In this document: in pieces, positions 25,511-38,329 of the stretch
How positions within the stretch are numbered: position 1 is the first letter of the stretch
Layout of the letters: each line of letters opens with the position of its first letter
From: Octopus vulgaris
Taxonomy: Eukaryota
NCBI GenBank assembly: GCA_951406725.2
Contig: OX597815.1
Coordinates: 26,908,001-26,972,000 of the forward strand
Length of the DNA: 64,000 nt
Reading direction: 5' to 3'
Position numbers and translations under genes: made by a program
Notes under the pieces: generated by a model
What the model was told of the DNA's origin: nothing
Databases searched by the model: none
What the model saw: the letters and a program-made list of their open reading frames with translations, nothing else

Positions 25511-26139
25511 AGCCCTACTAAAGTTATGCATAATTGTTTCTGGAAATGATGCATGCATTTGAACACCTTGAATTATTTTGTACTGAATACTTTCACTGGT
25601 TTTGATTATACTTAAAGCTCAGCTTTATTCATCATTTTATCTTATTACTCGTTGTCATGGTTGATAAGCTACATAAGATTATAGATTGTGACATAGCAAT
25701 ATTGTCAGCATCTAATGAAGTCAGTCGTGAGTAACAATTTATCATATACACATATATACATTCAGATGACTTTAGAATCCTCAATGCTAATATAAATACT
25801 ACAGTCATCTGGGAACTCTAACAGCTCTGCTTAGTATCAGTTATCCTTCAGTTGTATAAGCTTCTAAGATATTAAAGTATAGACCTTATATTGGTATAAA
25901 AGTCTCCAAGGAGGTTCATATTAACCCTTATGGTAGAACTATAATCTCTTCTTGTAGATAATAGAAAGACATAATGCAGTATAAAACGGTAATATAGCAA
26001 CAATTTGAACGTCAGTATCAGCAACATTGGGGAGAGTAGTATTTTTGATTGACTAAATACTTGCATCAAATTATTTCTGAATGGAAAGCCTACTCCATGC
26101 TGGAGCTTCTATGTCTATTAAATAAATACACTATACATT

Positions 26140-28170
26140 TGTTGTAGGGAATTAGTAATAATGGTACATCCCTCCCATGTGATGAATGGAATAACCTAGT
26201 CACTATAAGTAAAGAGGAGTACCTTGTAGGCGGTCAGAGATAGTTGTGTCTTTACTGGTTTTACTAAGTATAATGTATACCGAAGTGGGCATTATAACGA
26301 TCCAACATTTGAAGGATTATAACAGTGGCAAGAAGGATTAAACAATTCATGAGAAATTAATAAACTCCATGAGGAATTAACAGTTCATGAGAAGTTAACA
26401 AACTCACGAAGTTTTGTTGTGTGAATTTTATGAAAAATAACCATAAAAATTATGGAAAATTTGTTGACCAGTTTGCTTGAGTTGCAAAAGCAGCAACAAT
26501 AACAACTGAAAGAACAACAACAACAATTACTATTACAGCAACAGGTGCTGTTATTAATGAAGTCGTCAGGAAATTCAGAAAAAGTGTTCTTGCCAGACTA
26601 TATTATGGAGTACAGCATATGTCATGTTGTCCTCATCATTGTTTTACTCTATGTTCAGACATTTCCAATGTGTGTTGAACAATGAGCTTTTTACACTGGA
26701 AATTTTACACAATATATCTATTGTGTCATTAAAGTTTATATCTGAAAGTTTTTTTGGGAGTACATAATTACTGTATTCTTCATGTTCTGTTGCCACCAGT
26801 TTTCTCGAGATTAAGTGCATTTTAATCTTGTCCTAATTTTTACATTCTTTCTCGAAGATTTGCTCATATCTTCTGTAGTATGCTTTGAAGGTAACTCCTT
26901 CATCTGGTTTGTATATGCTGGTAGAGTAAACAGGGAATGTGAGAAATTTAAGCTGGACAAATTAACGCCTGATATGTTCAATTACCTGATTTTTTTACAC
27001 AGACACTTACTGCTGAAAAGGACACAGTAGCTAGAACTAGAATTCTCACAAAGCTGGAACAAAACCAGGATGTAACCCTACAGCAAGTATCAGAAGAATG
27101 TGAAAGAATAGTCAAATTAAGACACAACACAGAGGAAATTGAATGGAAAGATTTTTTCCAAGTAAAACAAGTATGAAATAGTCAGAAAAGAGATAAAGTG
27201 TTTACTAAAAAGCACGACAAAAATCAGAAAATAAACCCATGTTTTGCATGTGGAGGTATACACCCGAGGAAAAATTGTCCATTTAATAAAGTGAAGTGCT
27301 TTCATTGTGGAAATATAGGAAATATAAAGACGTGCAGTAGAATGATGGTGACAAAACGTCAGAACAAAGGAAAAAGAATTAATAGTATGTCATCAGAAGA
27401 AATTGGTAATATAATGATGAGGGAATTCATGAATGTGAAAATCAGAAATACAAGTGTTAAAATGCAGTTGGACACTAGTAGTGATATCACCATTATAAAC
27501 GAAAAAACGTAGAAATATGACCTTAAGCCAAAATTAATTAAATCTAAAAAAGTAGCACATGGTGTTATGAGAAAAAGATTATATTTTTTTGGTGAATTTG
27601 TATGTAATGTAATATTTCAAGGCCTAACAAAAAAGGCAAACATATATTTATTAAACGATTCATTTAATCTATTAGGCACAGAGTGGGTGGAACTATTCAA
27701 AGTATGGAATACACCCATAAGTCTTTTGTATGAAAATATAGTCAGTTCAATTGAAGGTTCGAATGCAGTTGAGGGATTGAAACAAAAAATTGCAGTAAAA
27801 CAGAGTGGAACACTTGTATGTAAGCCAAAACGAAATAAAAAATTGCCCATGATAAAAAGTAAACATTGTTCAAATGAAGATGTTCCATGGTCAAGACAAC
27901 ACATTGATTTCACTGGTCCTTTAAATAGTCCATACTACTTAATGGTTGTTGATAGTTTCTTGAAATGGCTAGAAATTTGTAAATGTAAAAAAACCAACCT
28001 CCTCAACTATGATAAATTACCAAATGCATAGGTAAAATGACCTATTGGGAAAAAAGTAGAAAAGACATACAGAAAAGATATAGGAACCAGCAAAAAAAGG
28101 GATTCATGAAAAGTGAACCAAAGAATTTTTAAGAGTGTACTGTGTGACACTTTTCTAAAAAAGTGAAACC
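26140..28170 (+). mobile_element. Ty3/Gypsy LTR retrotransposon relic: 5' LTR, PBS, gag, protease, partial integrase; RT/RNaseH missing
   Basis: LTR TGTTGTA..TATAACA (26140-26324) followed by PBS-like GTGGCAAGAAGG. gag ATG at 26452; YAGRVNRECEKFKL; zinc knuckles CFACGGIHPRKNC/CFHCGNIGNIKTC; protease MQLDTSSDITII; integrase PWSRQHIDFTGP..LMVVDSFLKW. No 3' LTR seen; right boundary approximate. Confidence 0.85.
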
Positions 28171-29377
28171 GGTCAAGTGAATAAACATCATTAAAATTGC
28201 TTTTTCAAAATTTCTTTCATATATATGTATGTGTGTATGTATGTGCACATGTATGTATGTATGTGCACATGTATGTATGTATGTATGTTAGTATGTGTAT
28301 GTGTGTGTGTGCATCTAAATTTGCATTAATTCACCAGAAAGCAATAAATTATAGAACTCAATATGCAAAAGTAGAGTATTCTTTAATCTAAAAAAAATGT
28401 TAAGCTCAAAAATGTCCCTCCTCAGAATCCCTTTTTACAGCAGGCTTATTGGGCAGCATAATGTATAATGAACTTATTGTATACAGTGCTCAGGTGCTTT
28501 ACATATCTGAGCCTGCTTTCTCTAAAAGCATTGGACTTGTGAAAATATGTTAGTTTATTATTTTCTGAAAGTGTACCAGAGACACACCAATAGTTACATT
28601 TTTTTTAAAGAAGTTATGAGTCACATTTTTTATGTAAAATGGTTGTACAAAGATAACATATTCAATTATACAGTCTTCATAGCAGCTCTCATGGTTATGC
28701 ATTATTTACTTAACCATATTTCAGCTTTTATCTATCAATACCCCAAGTGTGTGTGTGTGTGTGTGTGTGTGGTGCTTATACATACACACACACACACACA
28801 AACATACACACACACAAAAACATACACTCACACACACATATACAGTAGGTGTGTATGTACGTGTGAATGTGTGTTGTTGAAAACATGACTATTTTCCTGT
28901 TACTTTCTGTGTTTCTTTTATCTCTTTTTACCAATTTCTTTCAATTATTCAGTATGAATGGTTTGAAAATAATAATATTCCAAGTTCCATTGATATTTCA
29001 AGGTGTCTTTGATCTTATCCTCCAGAGGAAAACATTTGCACTGCTGGATGTGATTGTTACTTTTTGTTGTTACCTTCATTGTTGTTGTCATGTTTAGTCC
29101 TGAGGTCACCCCTGATCAAATAAAATCTATAATTTAAATAAATTCCTGTCATCTCATCTTTTATTCTTTCAGACATGAGACATTATTGAATTTGTACTTC
29201 CCATTTTTTAAAAATTTAGGTTGATGTAGCTGCTACTCCTTACAGACCAAACAACCATGTAGAACAGTGTTTCTCAATCATTTTTCGCCTAGGGACACCT
29301 TTGATTCCTGTTTACTTGGATGTATCCTCCTAGTCATTTGATGTTTTAAAAAATCGTATTATATTTTTATTATTAAA

Positions 29378-29773
29378 CTAGCAGTATCGCCCGGCATTGC
29401 TCGGGTTTGTAAGGGAAATAACTATATAAGCATTTTTAGAGAGTTATAGCCAAAAAATAGCAAAAAAATGCATTAAAAATGGAAAAAAAATTATGGTAAA
29501 TTTTTTTAAATCGTTGACTCATCGTAGACATTTTTAGAGAGTTACTTCCCTTATATAATAGCGAAAAAATGCATTAAAATGGAAAAAAAGGATGGTAAAT
29601 TTTTTTTAAAATTGTAGACTCATCGTAGATGCGCGCTAATACCCAGAAGGGCTCGATATGAATCACGACTATAAGATACCCGGTTTTGGTTAAACTGCAC
29701 AGCAAAATGTGGGAGTAGTTAGGAATCTAAATCGTAGGAGACAGACACATAACTTCACTTTTATATAGAAAGA
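29378..29773 (-). mobile_element. Non-autonomous Helitron (396 bp)
   Basis: Minus strand A|TC ... hairpin-CTAG|T; its 3' ~75 bp are nearly identical to the 3175-3535 copy. Confidence 0.8.
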
Positions 29774-30134
29774 TATTATTAGGAACTGTATTAAAAAATT
29801 GTTAAAATATTTTGTGTATTGTAAAAGTGGCACTCTGTCAGTTACAATGATGAGGATTACAGTTGATCCAATCAACGGAAGAGCCTGCTTGTGAAAATAA
29901 CGTGCATGTGACTGAGCACTCCACAGACACCTGTACCATTAACATAGTTCTCAAGGAGATTAAACATAACACAGAGATACAGGTACTACTCATTTTTGCC
30001 AGCTGAGTGGACTGGAGCAATGTGAAATAAAGTGTCTTGGTCAAGGACACAACATGTTGCCAGAAAGAGAACTCATGACCTTTCGATCATCAGCCGAATA
30101 CCCTAACCAATAAGCCACATACCTTCACATCATT

Positions 30135-30559
30135 CTCTTTTACTCTTTTACTTGTTTCAGTCATTTGACTGTGGCCATGCTGGAGTACCGCCTTTAGTTG
30201 AGCGAATCAACCCCAGGACTTATTCTTTGTAAGCCTATTACTTATTCTATTGGTCTCTTTTGCTGAACCGCTAAGTTACGGGGATGTAAACACATCAGCA
30301 TCGGTTGTCAAGTGATGGTGGGGTGGGGGGAACAAACACAGACACACAAACACACAGACACGTACACACACACATATATATATATACATATATACGATGG
30401 GCTTCTTTCAGTTTCCGTCTACCAAATCCACTCACAAGGCTTTGGTCGGCCCAATGCTATAGTTAAAGACACTTGCCCAAGGTGCCACGCAGTGGGACTG
30501 AACCCGGAACCATGAGGTTCATAAGCAAGAGCTACTTACCACACAGCCACTCCAACGCC
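30135..30559 (-). mobile_element. SINE family A, full-length copy
   Basis: Family A head and tail. Confidence 0.9.
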
Positions 30560-31129
30560 TATAGGAGTATATAGAAGTATTATAGAAGCATAACCTATTT
30601 ATTCGAGAAAAATATAAACAACAAACTCTTATATGGTCCCCCAAGGGCCAAATGGACCCTGGTTCAGAACCACTGGTATAGAAGCTTCCTCGTTGGCTCA
30701 CTTTTAATTTTTGTTTTTGTTTTTCATTTTTTAAAAAAATTTCATGCAAGAATCATGCAAATTCTGTTGGCAGCTCTGTTTCTCATTGATTATCTCTGAA
30801 CTTTAATATTTCTCTGGTCAATGGTATCAGGTTTCTGGACACAGTTGGAATATGGTCTCATCATTTGCTCCAAGTTTCAGTTTGCTTTGCTATTACTACT
30901 AGAAGATGCTATTTAAGCTCTAACCCAAATCAATACCAACCGCATTTGCAACATTTTTCATGAAGAATATTTTTGAGCGAGAATGTCTTAAAATGGACCC
31001 CGGAGCTCTATTACTGCAAACCAAGCAAAGACCATTATAATAAAGAAGTATAAGAATACCAAAAAAAAGACTAATAGAAACACCGGAAATAGAGCACAGA
31101 AATGTTATCAATAACACATTTCTAAATAG

Positions 31130-31758
<629 letters not shown>

Positions 31759-32717
31759 TATGTATGTGCATATATAAATACACACACACACACACACACG
31801 TTATGCATGCTTTCATAGACATCTGCATCAAAAGAAATGTGCGAGAGAGGATGAGAATAAAGTGTAATCTTTATTATCAGTCACAATCTTCCAATCAGCC
31901 TTTCTATGTTGCAATTGATAATAAGTCTCTTTAAATTCCCTCCTTTCATATTCTTTATTACTTATCATTTCCTCCATCAATGCCAACATTGTTGGTTGCA
32001 CTAGTAGCTGATCTATAATCATAATACAATTTTTATTTATTTATTTTTCCTTCTGTTCTTTTTTTTGTTGTTGTTATTGTTATAATCTTCTCAGTTCTTT
32101 ATTTATCATGTTCACCTTATAAACTAAAGTAATACCGAAGCCAGTTGTTATTGACATCAGTCACAGTTTAACTCTTTTGATACCAACCTACCTGAAACCA
32201 CCACTGGATTCGATGCTGCAAAGTTAATTGTTTTAAAGTAATCTTAATTAAAAAACCTCTATCAAAATTTCCTATTAATTTATATTCCAAACACCAGCTT
32301 AATAATGAAAAAGCTATTTTACTAAATTCTTCATTATTTTTGAAATTAATTGAAATAAAAGTAATTTATTTATTAGAAATATGGTAACAAAAGGTTTAAG
32401 AAGCTAATACAAGATATATCCAAAACTTAAAAGTATTTCATAATTGTTTCAAGCAGGCAATCTGAAATCTCAACAAATGTTCTTGATTGGTATATTTAAT
32501 TAGAAAATGGTTATCGTTTTTGTGAAGGAGTCATGATTATAAATAATGTGTTCAATTCCTAGATGGGTGGCACAGTGTGTCCTTGAACAAAGCCCTTCAT
32601 TTCAAGTTGCTCCTGCTTAACTAAAGATAAGTAGCTGTACTATTTCTGGTGCAGCCCTCTCTCTGCCTTTAGCCGTCTCATCTTAGATGGTCAAAGATGG
32701 AACGGAGGTTTGTGTAG

Positions 32718-33428
32718 ATACAAACCAAAGGAGACACATTTCAAAGGAGACACAAACCAAAGGAGACACAAACCACAGAAACCAAAGGAAACACATGCCA
32801 AAGGAGACAGAAACCAAAGGAGACACATACCAAAGGAGACAGAAACCAAAGGAGACAGAAACCAAAGGAGACACATACCAAAGGAGACAGAAACTAAAGG
32901 AGACAGAAACCAAAGGAGACACATACCAAAGGAGACAGAAACTAAAGGAGAAACAAACCACAGGAGACAGAAACCAAAGGAAACACATGCCAAAGGAGAC
33001 AGAAACCAAAGGAGACACATACCAAAGGAGACAGAAACCAAAGGAGACATGTACCGAAGGAGACAGAAACCAAAGGAGACACATACCAAAGGAGACAGAA
33101 ACCAAAGGAGACACATACCAAAGGAGACAGAAACCAAAGGAGACAGAAACCAAAGAAGACACATACCAAAGGAGACAGAAACCAAAGGAAACACATGCCA
33201 AAGGAGACAGAAACCAAGGGAGACACATACCAAAGGAGACAGAAACTAAAGGAGACAGAAACCAAGGGAGACACATACCAAAGGAGACAGAAACCAAATG
33301 AGACAGAAACCAAAGGAGACACATACCAAAGGAGACAGAAACCAAAGGAGACAGAAACCAAAGGAGACACATACCAAAGGAGACAGAAACCAAGGGAGAC
33401 ACATACCAAAGGAGACAGAAACCAAAGG
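32718..33428. repeat. Minisatellite, 16-bp unit with two main variants (~44 units)
   Basis: GAGACAGAAACCAAAG and GAGACACATACCAAAG interspersed; this explains the long repetitive ORFs in the track. Confidence 0.95.
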
Positions 33429-33585
33429 TGGTTTGTGTCTGCTCATAACAACACAGGCACTTAAAACAATTGATACATTCTACCAAGTTATACACGTGTG
33501 TGATGGTTGCGTTATTGTAATGTTTTCAAAACTTACCTAAGCAGATATATGCTGCTGCTTATAACAAATAGAGCAAGTTGCAATA

Positions 33586-35095
33586 TCATCATCATCATTT
33601 AACATCCACTTTCCATGCTGGCATAGGTTGGATGGTTTGATAGGGGCTGGCTAAGCAGAAGACTGGACCATGTTTCTCTGTCTGTTTTGGCATGGTTTTT
33701 TTTTACAGCTGGGTGCCCTTCTAACCACCAACCATTTTACAGTGTGGACTGGATGCTTTTTACATGGTACCATCACTGGCAGGGTCACCAAGTAACTTGC
33801 AAGACAAAGATCTTTTGAAAGGAGATGGGGCATTGGAGGAGATAATCTTGTGCCAGATTATGAAAGGTTAGAGTCTAACAGTGAAACAGAAACAGGTGAC
33901 TTGTTGTAGAGGAGGTATGTGGTAACCCGGTCAGACAGGCAAAGAGAGTGTGATCGAGATTGAGGCTAGGAACAGGTGTGTTGTTGTAGCGGAGATACAT
34001 GTTTAACCAGTCAGAGGGAGAGAGCAAGAGAAAGAGAGAGCGTGGAAGAGAGCAGGAGAGAAATGGTGATGAAGTACTAGGACATGTTCATAAGAAACAT
34101 GGACCAGAATATACATGGGATGGTCGAGAAAAACAAGGGAGAGGTGGCAAAGTGGAAGGGCTATTCTCAAGACACTGGGTCAGAATGTAAATGGTAGGGT
34201 ATTGCCAAGGCACGTGGGTAGGGAGTAGGGACTTCACATAAATTCAAAGAGTGTTGGAGTGGGGAATGCAGTGACTGATAAAACCTGGGTATATAGAGGT
34301 GGTGGGGAAGATCAGGATAGCAATGATACAGTGAGTAGGGCAGTGAGGACAAGACTGGGGAGCAAGACATAAGCAAAAGCTTAGTGCATGAAAAGAGGAA
34401 ATGTGAGGAAGAGGAGAGATGTAGTTTGGTTTGTTGGGGTACGGTGTGGAAAAGTTTTATAGTTACATGTGGGTGGAATCCACAGTGCTTCTAGAACTCA
34501 GTTTGCTGAAGTGGGAAGGTTTGCTGAAGAAACTTGTATTGCCAGACATCTCAATCCATTGTCATCTCTTCCATGATGCCCAACATCCTGGAATCGATCC
34601 TCACCATATCTTTCTGGCTTGTTGGCACCTCTTCTACAGGTGCCAACCACTCTCAGTGATCGGTACTTCTTTATGCAGCTGTCTTCATGCATATGCATCA
34701 TATGTCCAAGTCAACGTTGTCTTCTTCTCTGCATGTTACATCTGATTCCTCTTATGCCCAACTTTTCTCTCAACATATTTGCACTTTGTCATATGTGCAC
34801 ACTGATGTTACACATCCAAAGGAGCACACTACCACCATTCTTCTCTAGTCTGCACATGTCTTCTGCATTCAGAACCCAAGTCTCACTACCATGGAGTGTT
34901 TGTACATAAGCATCATGCAATCTATTTCACTCTGAGAGAGTCCTTTTGTTGCCAACAGAGGCAAAAATTCCTCCATTCAGTTCTTATTCTAGAAACAATA
35001 CTTTCAGAACATCTTCAACCATTGCTAATTTGGTCACCTAGGTAACAGAAACTATCCACAACCTCAAAAAAGCCTCCAAGGCATTTGAGAAGTAC
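33586..35095 (-). mobile_element. RTE-clade LINE 3' portion (ORF C-terminus plus long purine/pyrimidine-biased 3' UTR ending in the family B (GAT)n tail)
   Basis: Minus-strand peptides VVDSFCYLGDQIS, HGSETWVLNAED and MMHMHEDSCIKKYRSLRVVGTCRRG (RTE C-terminal type). The 3' end matches family B. Confidence 0.7.
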
Positions 35096-35809
35096 ATTTA
35101 TATTAATTAACAGAAATGCACAAAACTATAAATAATGGGGAAAAACACACACACACACACACACACATAAAATGATATAAAAGAAATAAGCCTTAAATAT
35201 TAAGATTCAACTTCTATGATTTACTCTTTAAATTTTCTCTTCACCTAAAGGTGATAGCTTGACTGAATTATTAAAATATCAGATCTCTACATTCAGAGAC
35301 CAAATTCTACTGAGATCAACTTTGTATTTAATACCATTAATCAGCTATATGATTCCAAAATATGTGTTAGAACTCGGTATTTGTTCACACATTTCCCATT
35401 AATAATTAACTTAAAATTTAAAATGTTATTTCCAATCAATTTCTTAGAGCAAATTACATCTTAACAATCATAAGTTTTGACACTTTATCTTCTCTTTCAT
35501 AATATTTAGACACATTTACATCTGACCATTCATACATTAAGTGTTAGTACTGTGTAGTGAGGTTAATTTCACAGCCAGGTTTCACTTGTTGAATAGACAG
35601 CCTTGCACTCTATTTACACCTTGCACTAGTGAACTCACTTATAATTAATAGCCTTAGGAAGAATGTGCTTCATTAGGCTGATAAAGAATTTTGTTGAGTA
35701 CACAACCTGAAAACAGAGGTTCAATGGTAACAGCAAAAAGAGAAATTGAAGATGCTCCAAATATATTTCAGTAGTGCATCAGATATGTTGGCAAATAATA
35801 TAAAATTGT

Positions 35810-36109
35810 GGAGGCACATGGCCTAGTGGTTAGAGCAGCAGACTAGCAGTCGAGGGATCGTGGGTTTGAATCTCAGACCGGGCAATGTGTGTGTTTATGA
35901 GCGAAACGCCCAAGCTCCACGCAGCTCTGGCAGAAGGTAATGGCGAACTTCTGCTGACTCTTTCGCCACAACTTTCTCTCACTCTTTCCTCCTGCATCTT
36001 GCAGCTCACCTGCGACGGGCCGGCGTCCCGTCCAGGTGGGGAACCTATATGCCAAGGAAACCGGGAAACTGGCCCTTATGAGCCAAAGATGGCTCGAGAA
36101 GGAACAAAC
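35810..36109 (+). mobile_element. tRNA-derived SINE family D (V-domain-like core) with 14-bp TSD
   Basis: TGGCCTAGTGGTTAGAGC A-box, GGTTTGAATCTC B-box, CTGCGACGGGCCGGCGTCCCGTCCAGG core; AAATAATATAAAAT on both sides. Confidence 0.75.
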
Positions 36110-36669
36110 AAATAATATAAAATGGCAATGGTGAGGCAGAGCCTAAAAGTAAACCAGCAGTTGGGAGTTGTTATTGTGTAATCTCGATTATTAGCCTTGA
36201 TCCCATGGATATATGATCAAAGATATTCCAACCCAGGCCATCCTGTGTTGCTTTTGTCTTTTCTCCAGGCAGAGTGCATTGAGTACCTTACTATTCAATG
36301 TTTTTTAAGATATAGTTGGATGTATTTTAAGGGACAGTTGCTTGCTATTTCTAGAAAACAGAATGGTGCATCAACTGGATGTTGTCAGTAACATAAAGGT
36401 TCACATTCATGAAATGGGGGCAACAATGTTATTATTCAGCTTCATAATGATTTAGAGATAACAGTTGTTAAGCAACTCTACATGAGAGCTAAAGTATTTG
36501 GAAGAAAGTGCTCTGGAAACACTGCCAAAGCCTTGTTAGTAAATATACTTGGTTCTGTGGAATGATGCTTCTTTTCAGGATAGTTGATCTCATTCATATT
36601 TGGTGTCTATTAAGTATCACATTGCATTAAGTTCATCTCTAGACTACCTGTGCCAATTCCATCATCATA

Positions 36670-37075
36670 GGCATAGGCGTGGCTGTGTGGTAAGTAGCTT
36701 GCTTACGAAACACATGGTTCCGGGTTCAGTCCCACTGCGTGGCACCTTGGGCAAGTATCTTCTACTATAGCCTCGGGCCGACCAAAGCCTTGTAAGTAGA
36801 TTTGGTAGACAGAAACTGAAAGAAGCCCATCGTATATATGTATATATATATATATATGTATGGGTGTGTGTGTGTATATGTTTGTGTGTCTGTGTTTGTC
36901 CCCCCAACATCGCTTGACCACTGATGCTGGTGTGTTTACGTCCCTGTAACTTAGCAGTTCGTCAAAAGTGACTGATAGAATAAGTACTAGGCTTACAAAG
37001 AATAAGTCCTGGGGTCAATTTGCTCAACTAAAAGGCGGTGCTTCAGCATGGCTACAGTCAAATGACTGAAACAAG
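36670..37075 (+). mobile_element. SINE family A, full-length copy
   Basis: Family A head and tail. Confidence 0.9.
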
Positions 37076-37256
37076 TGTATATTAAAGTAAATGATCAAAT
37101 CACTTTAATTTTTCATTTAAACCTTTTTGTACCACACTGTCTGAGACCATCCAAGGTTCTATGATACAAATTTATTGTTTTAAAGAGATCCAAATTAAAA
37201 GCTTCCATAAAAATTTACATTAATTTATGTTTAGAACACTAGATTAACTATGACAA

Positions 37257-37600
37257 AATTGCAGCGTGGAAGGTGTTTATAAGCCATTTAAGAAACACAC
37301 AAAACCATTAGATTCACTTCAACATTTAAGCTTAATTTGTCAAAAAATATTTTCGTCGCTTTGAGACCGCGACCTGTTCACTGACAAAACATTGTGCTGC
37401 ATTGTGATGCTTTGTCAGTGAACAGATCACGGTCTCAAAGCGACGAAAATATTTTTTGACAAATTAAACTTAAATGTTGAAGTGAATCTAATGGTTTTGT
37501 GTGTTTCTTAAACGGCTTATAAACACCTTCCTTGCTGCAATTGTTTTTGTTCCAGTACATGATCTCAGATCAAGTCACTCGCTATGCAAGTACATCTCCG
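37257..37600. mobile_element. Fold-back mini-element (Penelope-like inverted pseudo-LTR type) with hammerhead-like motif in each arm
   Basis: Inverted arms 37257-37388 and 37411-37542, a 22-nt spacer, and an unpaired 58-nt extension. Direct repeat TATGACAAAATT at 37249-37260 and 37604-37615. Confidence 0.7.
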
Positions 37601-38297
37601 TAATATGACAAAATTATTTTGCTAAAAATTTTTTAAAACAAACACTGTGTACTTCAACAGAATTACAGTAATGTGGCTATATTTCTGACCCTCTGCTCTG
37701 TGTAGTGTCACTGAAGTCAACTTTGCTTTCATCTTTTTATAATCAATAATCTTAAAGTGCCAGTCAAGTACAATGGATTAGTGGAATTGTAAGAACATTG
37801 GATGAAATGGTTTGTAATATCTATTTCAGTTCTGTGCATTCTGAGTTTAAATCTGATCTCCTGTCACAAGGAAAAACACAAATAAACAAACATTGGTGAC
37901 ATTTCTGTCATGATCTCAGACTGGCAAAACTGACATGATACCAGCCCTTGTAAAGCAAACAGAAACACACTTTCCTTAGTTTGATCAGAAGATCAGCTGC
38001 AATACAACGACTGAATTATTAATCGGATAACTGGTTTCTTGAAGAGACAGATAATCAGGTTGTAGAAAGCATTACAAATCATTTTGTAAAATATTTAAGA
38101 GATGAAGTGTCTGTCAGACAGTGTTAACCATGCATCACCACATGTATGTGCTGGCCTGGACATGATTTTTTTGAAGAAGACAAGCAGTTGCCTATGTAAA
38201 AAAACTCCCCACTATCTACACCAATGATGTTTATCCAAGGGAAAGTACTTCAACTTAGACCAGTACAATATGGTACTAGTGTTGTCACAGGTTTGCT

Positions 38298-38329
<32 letters not shown>

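Larger units (their letters stand above)
29265..30675. mobile_element. hAT (Charlie-like) MITE containing nested insertions
   Basis: TIRs CAGTGTTTCTCAA / TTCAGAACCACTG; 8-bp flanks ATGTAGAA and GTATAGAA (degenerate TSD). Confidence 0.65.

Noticed and set aside
32718-33428. CRISPR-like regular repeat
   Set aside because: No unique spacers, no cas genes, eukaryotic context.
32683-33540. Long ORFs (180-270 aa) on both strands
   Set aside because: Products of a stop-poor 16-bp minisatellite; no splice or protein-family evidence.
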